Positions 35,985-47,200 of a stretch of 64,000 nucleotides of DNA are shown here, one piece after another. A program made the position numbers and the translations under genes. Origin of the DNA: Raillietiella orientalis. Lineage: Eukaryota. The notes below the pieces were generated by a model. It saw only the letters and a list, made by a program, of their open reading frames with translations. It did no database searches and was not told where the DNA came from. Where the stretch lies: NCBI GenBank assembly GCA_036172245.1, contig JAYWIR010000012.1, forward strand, positions 1,302,001-1,366,000. The letters run 5' to 3'. The first letter of the stretch is position 1, and the number at the start of each line of letters is the position of its first letter.

Positions 35985-38900
35985 ATGGCGTGTTGCCGGG
36001 ATCGACCGATAGGCGAGCGCGAACGATTTTTCCGTTCATTCCTTTGTGTGTGGCAGTCCTCTGCGATGTCCCCGCCTTTGTTGATCACAGCGTTTGTTTT
36101 TTCGGAACGATGGGAGGCGTGCTATGTACGGGCGGATTCCCATGTCTCCCCACCAACGTCCCACATCCCTCCTCGGGAGGACAGGGGGATCCTGGCGAAG
36201 TTCCATTGCCGCACCGTCTTCCAAACGGCATCCGACGTTTATCCGGTCAGCCTCAGCTGCTCCCTGGAGCACAGGCAGCGCGCTGGTGAGGGGGGGGGGG
36301 CTCTGGCGTAGCGGGGCGGCTATCGAATGCTCACGTCATCGGAAACCATGGATACCGCGTTTCGTATACAGACGTCCCTCCGGCGTATCTCCTCGTGTGC
36401 GCCCCGTGCTTGAGGAGGACGCGGGCGACCGTTCAGTGCAGCTCGGAAACGGGTCGTTCGTCCGGCGAAGCAGTGGGAGAGTGTATCCATGTGTCGAGAT
36501 GCTCCGGGGTCTTCCGGTGTTTCCTCCACGTGGTTGGCACCGGAAATACGGGAGATGACGCCATCCGTCGAGTTGATAGGTCGAGTTCGGTCTCGGAGAT
36601 GTACGTCGAGGTTGTTGGGTTCGCCGAAGAAGGGCGAGCGCAAGTGCGCGCGGAGGACACTCGTGCTTCTCACGCGTACCAACCACTTCTTCCTCGCGTG
36701 GTCCCGTGCGACCTGCCCTTACATGGGAGGCCCTGCCCTCCACGTACGGTCCGCCTCCTTTAGGTGTTGGTTTTGCAGGATGCGAACGCCTCTGGTCCCA
36801 TATTTGTAAGGAGGGGGAAGAGGGGGGCGAGGCAAGTGAATAGCGGACGTTTCTTCGGGGCGAGGGAAGCAGGGTCTCTCAGGTTTTCCCCCCCTCTCTC
36901 CCCTCTCTCTCCAGATAGAGAGGCGCTTTCGTACCTTGCAGCCTCGAGCCTGTCGTCCGCCGAAGAACGACGAATTTTCTCTTTGCACCCTCATGGATCC
37001 CTGTTCTTGTTTCATCCAGTCTTTTTCACTCTGTCAAGTGATAGTGGGTCGAGGGCCGAGAGAGGGAGAGCTGTTCGTCGTAGGACCCAGAGACAATTTC
37101 CCCTGAGAAGCGGTTCTGCCAAGCTGGTAACTGCTGTTCCCCTACGACTACGCCCTCGCCCAAGTCCGGCTGCTCTTTTCTTGCCCCGAGCTCAACCTCT
37201 TCGCCGAGCATTTGGCGTCCATGTTTGTCGGCAGGCGGATCACCTCCTCTTGCGAAATCCGAAACTGGTCCAGGGGCGGGAACAGAATTCCAATTACGTC
37301 TTTCTCAGATCAGGGCATTCGCCAGGCGAAGCGCCGCAGGGTGGTTATGCGTTCCTCCGAGGTCTCCGCTGCTACCCGCCGGACCGCTACTCGGACGCTG
37401 GTTCTCACAAAAGAAGATGGGGGCTGCTGCGTGCAGGTCACTGAGAACGGCGCCGGCGTTTCGTTGAAGATGCGGCAAGCAGCCCTTAAATGAAGGGACC
37501 TTGCGACCCTGCTTCAATCGGACTAGTCGGCATTAGTCCGGCGCGGAGGGCGATGGTTGCTGTTGTTGAGTGCCGTGGGCCACAGTGCCTTCAGGGTTGC
37601 GTGAAGCCACCCCTCCCGTCGCGTCGTGTAGCGGGGCGCTGCTCTCTGGCGCGACTCGTGCACGCGTTCGAGTTAGCTGCCTTTCTCCCCTCTTTCTTTA
37701 TTTGCAGTTGCTGTTGTTGCTGCTGTTGCTGCTGCTGCTGCCTTTCCCTCCTCTTCCACCTCCACCTCTACGGCATCCAGCTGCGAAAGATGAAGGAGGA
37801 GAATCCCAGTTTCGAGCGCGGCCGCCCCTCTTCCCATGCTGCGCGCTCGCATCTGTCGAGTGGCCTCCGCGATGTCGCTTTCCGATTTCTTCTTCCCTTC
37901 TCAAGTTCGGCGCATGCACCAGAGGGGAAAGGATGCTCTTCTAGCGGCGTGGAGAAAAGCAGCGGCTACTCAATCCGCGCATCATTTCTCTTTCACCCGC
38001 CTCTTCCCTCCCGACCGGTTTGTCCAACATTCGCTTCTTTCTCAGAAGAAGGAACGGAGGAATGGTGGAACGGCATCCGACCGCTCTCTAGCCGTCCGGC
38101 AGTGGCGGGGGGGGGGGATAAGGAAAGGGGGACGAAGAGGGTGTACTGCGAAACCCGCGGCACCTTGTTTCCGTGCTCAGTGGCTCCAAGGTTCAACATG
38201 ATTTTCCTCTCGCCCACCAGGACTTCAACGATCTGGGAAAGCAAAGCGCAACCTTTCAGCGTGGACCACGGTGACTTCACCACACCCTACGTGGGGCAAG
38301 CGTTCTTCGAAGACTTGTGGTAGAGTTCCCACCTCCTCTTCTCGCGCTCTCTGCAAGGCACGCGGGTACGAACCCGAGCGGACCGGCGGTGAGGTAAAGT
38401 CAGGGTTCCCCACCCCACCCCCTGCGGTCCTGTCACCTTCCAGCTAGTCCCGCTGCTTGCAGATTGGAGTGCCGTTACCGGAGATGAGCGGCGGCCTCGT
38501 GCCCAGCAAGTCCACCGTCTACATCGGCAACCTCCCGTTCACCCTCACGAACAACGACCTGCATCAGATCCTGCAGAAGCACGGGAGGGTGGTGAAGTGA
38601 GTAGACCGGCCACACCCACTTCACGCCTCCTCCCCTTCCCACCCCTTCTCCTTCGGTTTCTTCTTGGCGGTTGCGCGAGCGCAACTCTTACCGGGTGAGA
38701 GGGGCGCATCCTTCCTGCGGACGTTCCCAAGGCTCGTTGCGCGTAGAGTTTCTCCATTCACCCTTCCTTCAACACTACCCCGGGGGGCTAACGGAAGCGC
38801 GAAACCCCCGCCCTCGCAGCATCCTTCCGCGGAGCTTGCGCAGCTCCCTCAGGTCTGTCTCGTCCGAAGGGTCACCATAGTGAAGGACCGGAAGACCAGG

Positions 38901-41771
38901 AAGAGCAAAGGGATCGCCTTCGTCCTCTTCCTTCACCTGCAGGATGCCCACAACTGCGTGCGAGCGCTCAACGACAAAGAGGTCGGTGCGGACCCGTCCT
39001 CCGGCAGGAGTGGGGCACGCACGCCCCCTTCAGATGTTCGGGAGGACGCTGAAGTGCAGCATCGCCGCCGACAACGGCAGGGCTTCCGAATTCATCAGGC
39101 GGCGCAGCTACACCAACAAGTCACAGTGCTACGAGTGCGGGGAGCCGGGGCACCTCAGCTACCAGTGCCCGAAGAACGTCCTCGGTGACCGACAGCCTCT
39201 CCCCAAACCGAAGAGGAAGCGGAAGAAGCGATGCAAAGAGACGGAGGAGGAGGAGGAGGGGTGCGAGGAGGACGACTACGATGACTGGGACTCCTTGAGC
39301 AGCGCCATCCAGCGCCAGGTTCGTCGTTGGATTCTCCGCGCGAACCAGTCTGTGACCCTTCCCTTTCCCCTTCCGTAGCAAGAACTGGAGGAGGGACAGG
39401 AGGAAGGGGCACCGCCTCATCGGGACTCCTCGTCTGGCCCAGTCCGCCGCAAGAGGTACAAGGCAAGCAGCTACTTCTCCGACGAAGAGGAGGTGGACGA
39501 CGGCGGAGACGGCTGACGTCCAGTCCTCACAACGGATGGGGGTGGGGGTGGGAGGGAAGGGAAGGGGAGGCAGGGAGGCGGCTTCCACCACCTCGTTGAC
39601 TTGAAAATACAAAAGAAAACTCTTCTGGGCTCCAGGCCTTGAGGTGCGTTCCTGTCCCTCGCGATCTTGACCCGCGGTTCCCAGTGCCGGAGGCGTTCGC
39701 CTCTACCACCACCGCCTGCTACTCGTGGCACAAAGGTCTGTGGCGCGGGCTGCATCCCCCACCCACGACCCTGCGCCTTTCAGAACGTATACTGCTACTG
39801 GCCACCCGAAAGGGCTACCTGGTAGCGCTGTCCCCAGGCGGCGAGCGCCTGCTGAGGAGCGCTCGCATCGCAGTCACCGATGCACGCGAAGTGACCGTCT
39901 TCCTCGCTTACCGGCCCTACGAGGAGTTCGTGCTGATCACAGGGGCCTCCGGGAGACTTCTGGTCCTCAAGTGGCCCGAGCTGGAGGTAAACGAGGGATG
40001 GGGGAGAGGCGCCTCCTCGGCGGGCCCACAAGCGAGCCCCGCCGAGCAGGAACGACGCCGCATGGAGGACGTCGTCCAGGTGACGCAATCGGACGTGCTG
40101 CTACGCGGGAGCCCGCAGCTGGTCGTCCGGCTCGCTACTGGCCAGGAGCTGCTCACAGACGTCCGCGACGACTTCGACAGCCCTCTCCGCAGCGGCGACG
40201 GCTGGGACCCACAAGGAGGGACTTCTTCGCACGTGCGCCCGCAGGTGGAGAATGCCCTACGGAAGAAGGCCATGGTGACGCTGCTCTGGGAGGGAGGGTG
40301 CGCGGTGTGCAAGCACGAAGGGGGATCTCTGGGGGGGCAGGACGTGCGCGGCCTTGTGACGGACGCCAGAAGGCGGGCAAGGAGGCGCCTGTCGGTTATC
40401 GCAGCCTTCTTGGGCTCCATGGCCCAGGCGAAGAACACCATTCCGTCCGATAAGGTTCGGCCCTTCATGCACGCCCCCTACTTCACCCCTTTATCCCACT
40501 CCTACCGTAGCCCCTGCGCTTCTCAGACGCATCCACAGGGCCGGAGTTTCCTGTGCCTCTCCTTGTCAGCGACGGGGGAGGCGGCGGCGCACCTCTCTTA
40601 GTCTGCCATTCGGTGTGGCAGCGGGTGGTGGACGACGCCTGGTGCGTGGGCGCAGAAGTGGAAGGTAAACAGGAGTGGACGACTCTCCATCTTTCGCGGG
40701 AGGTGGGGAGGGACAGGGAGGTAGGCGTGGCTGACGACCTCTCGCTAGCCCTCGAGAAGTCCGTGACCAATTTGGAGCTCATCCTCGCTTCTATTCCCAC
40801 GTGTGAGGCAACGGCGGCGACCACCCGTGTTTCCTTCCTGCCCTCGGGCGACGATCCGGATGCGGACCTGCCTGCACCCTTCTCTGGGTGCTTGCATCCA
40901 GGAAAACGGCTGCTTCTGCTGGGTGAGGAGAGAAGGGCCGTACCCAACATCCGTTGTTGCCGCAGCGACCACTGCCCTGCCTTCCTTCGCTCGTGACTCC
41001 GCGACGGAAGTCGGCGTGACGGTCTCCTACAAGATGGGGCAGCTGCAAAGGCTGCTTCCCGTCAGCCGGGTGTGCCTGACTGCCGCCGATGTCCTCTCCG
41101 GTCTTCACCGTGCTGACGCCGACGTCAGCAACAGTTGCTGCGCGACAGACGGCGATGCAAGCTCCAACCGGCGGCGACGCGACTATCTGGCACTGTGTCT
41201 GTCGCAGGACGTCTGCCGGCTGCGCCTGACTTCCTCCGTCCACTCGCTTTTGGACCTGGGGAAGTGGCTGGTGAGACCACCGCTGGAGATGCGCAGGAAG
41301 TTTCGGCTACTCTTCTTCACGTGGGACGTCCCATGGGCGAGGAACCTCTGCGTGCTCTGCCGCTCTGTGCGTTCCCGGGAGGCCACCGTTGACGTCTTTT
41401 ACAGGTGATCGTGGTGGGTGCGGTCGCCGCGCATCCGAGGGATCGGGCTGCAGGCGCCGACTGTCTCCCTTTCCAGGCGGCCCGCCGCTTTGGGCGCGTT
41501 CCTGCATGCCGCCTTCCAGAGCTGGCCGGAGGATGTGGTTCTGGCTGAGGAACCGCGATCCCCCTCTGAAGGAGGAGAAGAGGCGAGGTTCCTGGATGCA
41601 GCACAGAAGGAGATCCGCTACCTGCTGGAGCACCTCTCCGTCTTCGTTCCCGTTTCGGATGCCGACGCTCAGCAGCGAGGTGGCACAGTCGTCGGCACCG
41701 GCAGCGCGTACAAGAAGTTCCGGGAGGAGCTCTTGCAGCTCGAGTGCGCGACGGACGCAAGTCTTCCGTAG
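35985..41771 (+). CDS. FANCB: Fanconi anemia group B protein homolog (10 exons, ~788 aa)
   Basis: Exons 35985-36285, 36372-36643, 36764-36805, 39636-39986, 40050-40274, 40341-40454, 40511-40664, 40749-40922, 40966-41404, 41477-41771; GT-AG, phase-consistent, 2367 nt. Colinear with remembered human [16 protein letters not shown]~[22 protein letters not shown]~[25 protein letters not shown]~[26 protein letters not shown]~[26 protein letters not shown]~[29 protein letters not shown]~YREITLKVAEVQLKSD. Exons 4-10 are strong; exons 1-3 are more divergent and the exon 2 donor is least certain. Confidence 0.85.
37708..37740. repeat. Imperfect (CTG/TTG)11 trinucleotide repeat
   Basis: TTGCTGTTGTTGCTGCTGTTGCTGCTGCTGCTG; reads CAG/CAA on the minus strand. 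Confidence 0.9.
38394..38443 (+). other. Probable 5'-UTR intron of ZCRB1
   Basis: GAG|GTAAAGT...TGTCACCTTCCAG (50 nt), ending 40 nt before the ZCRB1 ATG; alternative acceptor at 38462. Confidence 0.5.
38484..39516 (+). CDS. ZCRB1: Zinc finger CCHC-type and RNA-binding motif protein 1 (U11/U12 snRNP 31K), 4 coding exons, 215 aa
   Basis: Exons 38484-38596, 38870-38981, 39034-39318, 39379-39516. [26 protein letters not shown] (RRM), [40 protein letters not shown] (zinc knuckle), SSYFSDEEE; closely follows vertebrate ZCRB1. Confidence 0.97.
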
Positions 41772-44232
41772 AGTGAACGGCCGGGGGTCCTCTTCGCACC
41801 CTTTCTGATACCTTCCCGTGAGCGCTAGGGGTGCTATTGTGGGAAACGCCATTCCTCTGCGCGGGCCCGAAGCGCATTCGAGGAAGTGTCGCTGCCGGTG
41901 GCGGTCGGGCCACGCCATTAAAAGCACTCGTTCCAGTCCTCATAGGTCTCCATCAGCGGCTCGCGTCCCCCAGAGCTGCGGCTGAGCTCATGGGAGCCGC
42001 GGAAGGCGTCTTGGCGCCGTGGATTTCTCCTTTCCAGCACGGACCTCTTGCAGCCTCTGCACCGGCTCGAGGGGGAGGGGCAGGATGTCCCCAGCGAGCA
42101 CTTCCCCACTTGGGTGGGATTTCCCCCAAGGTGAGCTGCGGTCTCCTCTCCCCCAAATTCCGTGTTCCCGCGTCTTTCGACGGGTATTTCTGGCTCACCG
42201 TCGTTCCGTGCTCCTTGCGCCTGGACCGGTATGTTCAGGTGCTCCCACGATGGAGAGTTGGAGAAAGGAACAGGATGAGTCTGCAGGAGGACAGGGGTAG
42301 GGGACGCGCCCCTATGCCAGTGCTGCTTGCTCTTTCGGAATTGATGCCATCTCAGGTCTCAGAGAGCCGAACGCGACCTCGTCTCCTCGGGCGAGGAGGC
42401 AGGGACGCAGGAAGACGGCGAAGCAGCTGCTTGCGGCAATGGGCCGGTATCGTGCGCAGCCGCGCTCCGCACCCCAGCTCCGTCTATCGGGAAGAGCGTA
42501 GCCGTTTCCCCCCAGGAAGGAAGCGCTCCCATGGTTCGCGATTCCAGGTGGACTCCACATATTTCTCCGTGAATGGGAAGGCCGGCAGACGTCGAGTGCG
42601 ACCCGAAAGGGACAGGGTGGAAGGCAGGGTATCTTCAGAGTGGGGTAGTGCCTCTGGGCGTGCAGCTTCTACATCCGCCTGGGCCCTCACGAAAGTTCGA
42701 GAACGACGGCGGGGACTCGCTCAGTCCAGCTGCGCCGCAGGGCGTGCTTTGGCATCCATGCGCACGTGTGCCGCACTAGAGTGGTGAGTTGCCGTGGCAA
42801 CGCCCCTGTGACAACTGCAGGGGAATTCGGACCGGGCAGTCCGTCCAACTGCGCTGCTGCAAGAGAATACACAGCTTCCCGCGCTCAGGGCCGCCGGTGG
42901 GCGCACTGCCTTCGGCGACGAGGTGGCGGGGGGCGGAGATTCTCTCCTCGGCGACGTCTCTTCCTGAGGCCGTCATGAGATCGGGCTGCGCGTGCTCATG
43001 AAATTCCCCTTGCAAGGACCCTTCCTGCGATCTGCGTTCCCAGGGTGCGGTAGTTCAAGAGCTGGAACGATGGCGTCCATAAAAAGCAGCCGGTTTCTTG
43101 TGAGTGGCGGCCACGGACTATCGAGAGACCGCGGATCCTTCCCCGACTCCGATTACGCCCCTTCCTGTCTTCTACCCCGGTGGCACCGCGGCCTTCCTCC
43201 CCGGAAGGGGAGCGAGCGGAGGTGAGCGAAGTCGCTTGGCACTCCTAGGCAGTTCCATGAGCACCTGCAGGGTTGGCGAGCGCGAATGAATGGCCGAACC
43301 CCTGCCCGCCAGGCTACTCCCTCGATTCTCCCGTGCGGGGGTAGGCGGCAGCGCCAAGGCACGCGCGCGCGCATCTCGATGAAGCTGCGCCCTTGGCTCC
43401 ACGTGGGGGAGCCGTCGCTCTGGGAGGCAAGGATGACAGAAGGCGTCCGTCCTACCCAGAGTCTGATGGGGGACCTTGGAAAGCGGCGGAGTCTCCTCGA
43501 TTTCTCGCGGCGGTGCCATGGTACGAAAGCGGAGGCCTCATCGCCCTCATCAGAGGGGCTACTGATGTCATCGGGCAATGCTGGACCCGAGTTTGACGGC
43601 AAAACAGGTCGCATCTAGGTCGTTCCGCCAGCGTCTGGGAGGAACAGACCCGCCGAGGCGCGAGAAGCACTCCTGGCATGCGGAGGTCAGCCAACGTTCG
43701 AGCACACCCTTTGACGCCAGCTCAGGGGGCGGCGCCTGATTGGCGCCTGCCTTTCAGTCGGCAGGAGGGAGGAGGAGCGAATTACATCAGGAGAGCACAC
43801 GCTGGACACCTTCGACCTTGGAAACAGCGGATGAACCGGGTTCTGCCCTTCGTGGAAGGGCGAGGGCAGCTCCTGAAACATCCGACAATCTGGGCGCTTT
43901 CCCGTGGTGCAGAGGAGGTCCTCTTTATTCTCTTTTCCGGCTCTTCCTGGTGACCTGTAAGTCGCCAGCCCCGCGGGTGCCGACACCGTTCTCACGCTTC
44001 GGCGGTGCTGCAGTGTCAGCAGCATTCCCCTTCCGGGGAAGGAGTGGTGATGGCGTGGTTTCAGGGAAGGGTATGGCGAGGGAAGGACGCACGGGTTGAG
44101 GCCGCTCCCAAAAGGGCGGTGGGTGGGGCTGCAGCTCGCCTTGAGGCGATGTGGAGCGAAAGGCACACGGGGAGGGCCACAATGGAGGAGGAGCGCCACA
44201 AGCAGTCGGGCCAGAGGGACAGGGGAGGGTCC

Positions 44233-47200
44233 TCAGATGCAGTACTTCCTCTCATCGTCTCTGCCCTCCAAGGGGGAGAAGACTCCGGAGCCCACGCTGT
44301 CGAAGGACTTCCAGGGGCCCCGGCCCGTGGTCTGCTCCGGTGAGAGGGCGTCCGAGTCGCCTCCTCCCACGATCTCGATGACCGTCGTCCCTGGGAAAGC
44401 AAGGGGATCTCCACTCCCCCTGCAGGGGAGGCGCACGGGCAGCAGCGTGAGGCAGGAGAGGGGACTCGTCTGGGAGTCCCCGTCTCCGTGGAAACCGGAC
44501 GGGGTCGGGGGTGGCGGCAGCAGTTCTTCGTCCCCTTCCGGAGCGCCACCGGGCTGCTCAGGGCGCGGTCGCCCACCCAGGTCGTCTTTCTGGATACGGA
44601 TGACCGTCGTCGCGCCGCGCTCACCGGTGGCTCCCGCACTGCAGGATGCCTTCCAGCCTGGCGGGTTGCTGCAGTTTAGCTCTCCACCCTCCAGGGCAGC
44701 GCCGTCGTCGCTCGGAGGCGGCAGGCACACAGAGGCGGCGAGAAAGGACGCCTCGGGGTCTCCTGGGTTGCCCGGGGCCCTTGGCGTCGCTTTCGTCCAG
44801 ATGGAGGGGGCGCTGGTCGGAGTTCCGTCTCCAGGAGGTACGACTCCACGACTGCACTCCGACACTCTTCCTCCCCGTTCGGTTGCCGCGGCGACAGCAG
44901 CCGATGCGGAGTGGTCTTTCTCGGACTCTCCCCTGAGCCAGGCGGGCACCGCGTCCTCCTCCTCGGCGATGGGGCACAGCGTGGGCGAGAACCGTCTGGT
45001 CGCCATCCGCTGCCTGGTGGCATCCATCAGCTCCCGTATCCGCCCGATGAACTCCTCGGCTTCCGGGGTGAAACTCTGGGTGAAAGCGGGGTAGGAGACG
45101 CCAGGGGGGAAGGAAGCGCGAGCGACCACTCTACTCACCCGCAGGCTCTGCAAGTCTGTCAGGTCCGGGTCGAAGTGCGGCCCCCTCTTCGAGGACATCT
45201 CCTGGTCCAGTGCCTCTATGCCAGGCATCCTGGCCAGGAAGTGGGACAGCTTCCCAGCGGGCAGGGGATTCTGCGGGAAGGGGCCCGTGGCACGCGGCGG
45301 GCCGGTTCCGGCTCTCTCTGCGCCGGGGTACCATGTGCCGACCTGGAAGGTGCCACGGAAACAATTTGCCGTGGAGAGAATGAGGGAGGGAGGAGGGAGG
45401 GTGCTCTCTTCTTGCGGAATCCGGATGCGGACACTCGAGGAAAGCGACGCGGCTGCCCCTCGTAGCCCCAACGGTGAGAGGAAGGTCTTCGTGCACTTCG
45501 CTCTGTTGGAAGCGCGCGGCATTTCCCTCTCCCCTCTGTTCGCGTCCGTTCGCTTTGCTGCTGCCACCTATTCGTCAACTTCAGAGTTAGGCGAGATATC
45601 CGTTTGATTCCGCGAGATGGCGTGGAGGCGCGGGAGGCTGTTCATCCCAGAGTGGGTGACCACGGCGTCGCAGCCATAGGGATTTTTTGCCATTTCCGTA
45701 ATGGCGAATGCAGCGAGCCCAGCAGCAGCAGGCGGAGTCTGGAAGGCAGTGTCGGTGGCGCTGCCGCAGTCGTGGACCGCAGTCACTGGTGAGTGGTGGA
45801 CGCCAGTGGACCGAGGGTTGCGATGCGTCTTTCCAGCACCCAACGCGCCTGTCTGGAAGGAGTGACCTGCGGGGAGAACTCTCGACCAGGCGGGACGCGA
45901 AGGGAGAGGCCGAGGAAGCACCTCCTGTCCGGGGCTTCGAGATCGCTCCCCTTAGAAGGGAAGGGGAGGAAGGTGTCCCACCGCTGCAGCCGGCTCCTCC
46001 ACTTCCGGTCCTGGACCGCAGCATGAGGCCGCCAAACGTAGAGGCAACCATCCGGACGTGAGACCTCGGCCCGGAACCCCTGGAAACACGTGACCCGGGT
46101 CTTTGCGGGAGGAGCGACGGTTCCGAGGTCAGCCGCCCCGCCCCCAATGCCTTTGAGGGAGCACCCCAAGAGCCGGCGGCGCCAGCGGCACCCGCGCTCG
46201 CGCTCGAAGCACCTCCATCTGCGGCCACGCGGGGAAACTGCCAGCCGCTCCCGTCTTCCTTGGGCTGGGATGAGGCTCCGAGCAGACTGCTTCTTTCCCG
46301 GGTGCGTGCGCCGTCCAGGTCGGCCACCGCCCATCCATCATGGAAAAAAAATGGGGGAGCCGCTTGGGCATGGAAGGAAGTTTGAGGGAAAAACGCAAGG
46401 GGTGCTTGCAACGCAGGTAAAGGGATTCCCGAAAAGCGGAAGGCCATGCTCGACTATGAACATGCTTGGGGTCACCTGTGCGAGGAGCTACAGGGAGAAG
46501 GGAGAGAGGGGCGTAGTCCAGCCCAGTGGTAGAGGGTTGCGAGCCTCCCGTTTTGAAAGGCGGCGACTGCGGCCGGGGTCATTCCAACAGGAGGCGTCCA
46601 GCCGCCCCGCGCTGCTAGTGCCACCCACGAGGGTCCCTAAGCTTCTCCTCTCGGGGTTGGATGGGGGGGCGTGGCTTCCTGATAGCGAGGCAATGCGGAG
46701 GGACGCCGGGTGATTCCATTGGTTCATTCCTAGGCATTCCTCGTCACACTTGGGGAGCATCCGCTCCCCGGCGCAGTTCCCTTTTTTGCCGCTTGCGACC
46801 TACGGGTTGTCCCGGACCGGCCGCGGCGAGCCGAAAGAGCAGACCGACAGGGCGTCTGCTTGGCAAGGAGAGCAGATATTCGCGGAGCCTTGGAGGCTGG
46901 GAACGCGCAGCTGGAGCGGGCTGCTACGACAGCGCTCACAGCGGAACCTCTGCTTCCGGCCAGCACTCTGACCTCCCCATCCTGCCCTCCTCTTCTTCCT
47001 TTTCTCTGTGCCGGCGGGGTCGAACTGGTGGCTCCTTCCGCCTGCTCGCAGTCTCGCCGGAACCCCCATCCCCCCCTTCGATCGGGCGCCCGGACCGCGC
47101 CTCGAGGCAAGGAGCGCGCGCGGCTCTCTTCGCGTGCTTCACGCCTCGCACGCGGAGAGGCGCTGGCGAGGGACGGCGACTGGCGGCCCTGAGGCGAAAC

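Noticed and set aside
36645..36760. Alternative FANCB frame [15 protein letters not shown]
   Set aside because: Cannot be joined with plausible splice sites; the 36644-36763 intron model gives a consistent frame and the expected length.
38221..38323. Exon TSTIWESK...FFEDLW* as part of FANCB or another gene
   Set aside because: No phase-consistent model and no recognisable homology; more likely ZCRB1 promoter or UTR.
42480..43700. Additional shavenoid 3' exons (e.g. GPPSDSG*)
   Set aside because: Motif similarity is marginal and no phase-consistent splice path was found; left unannotated.
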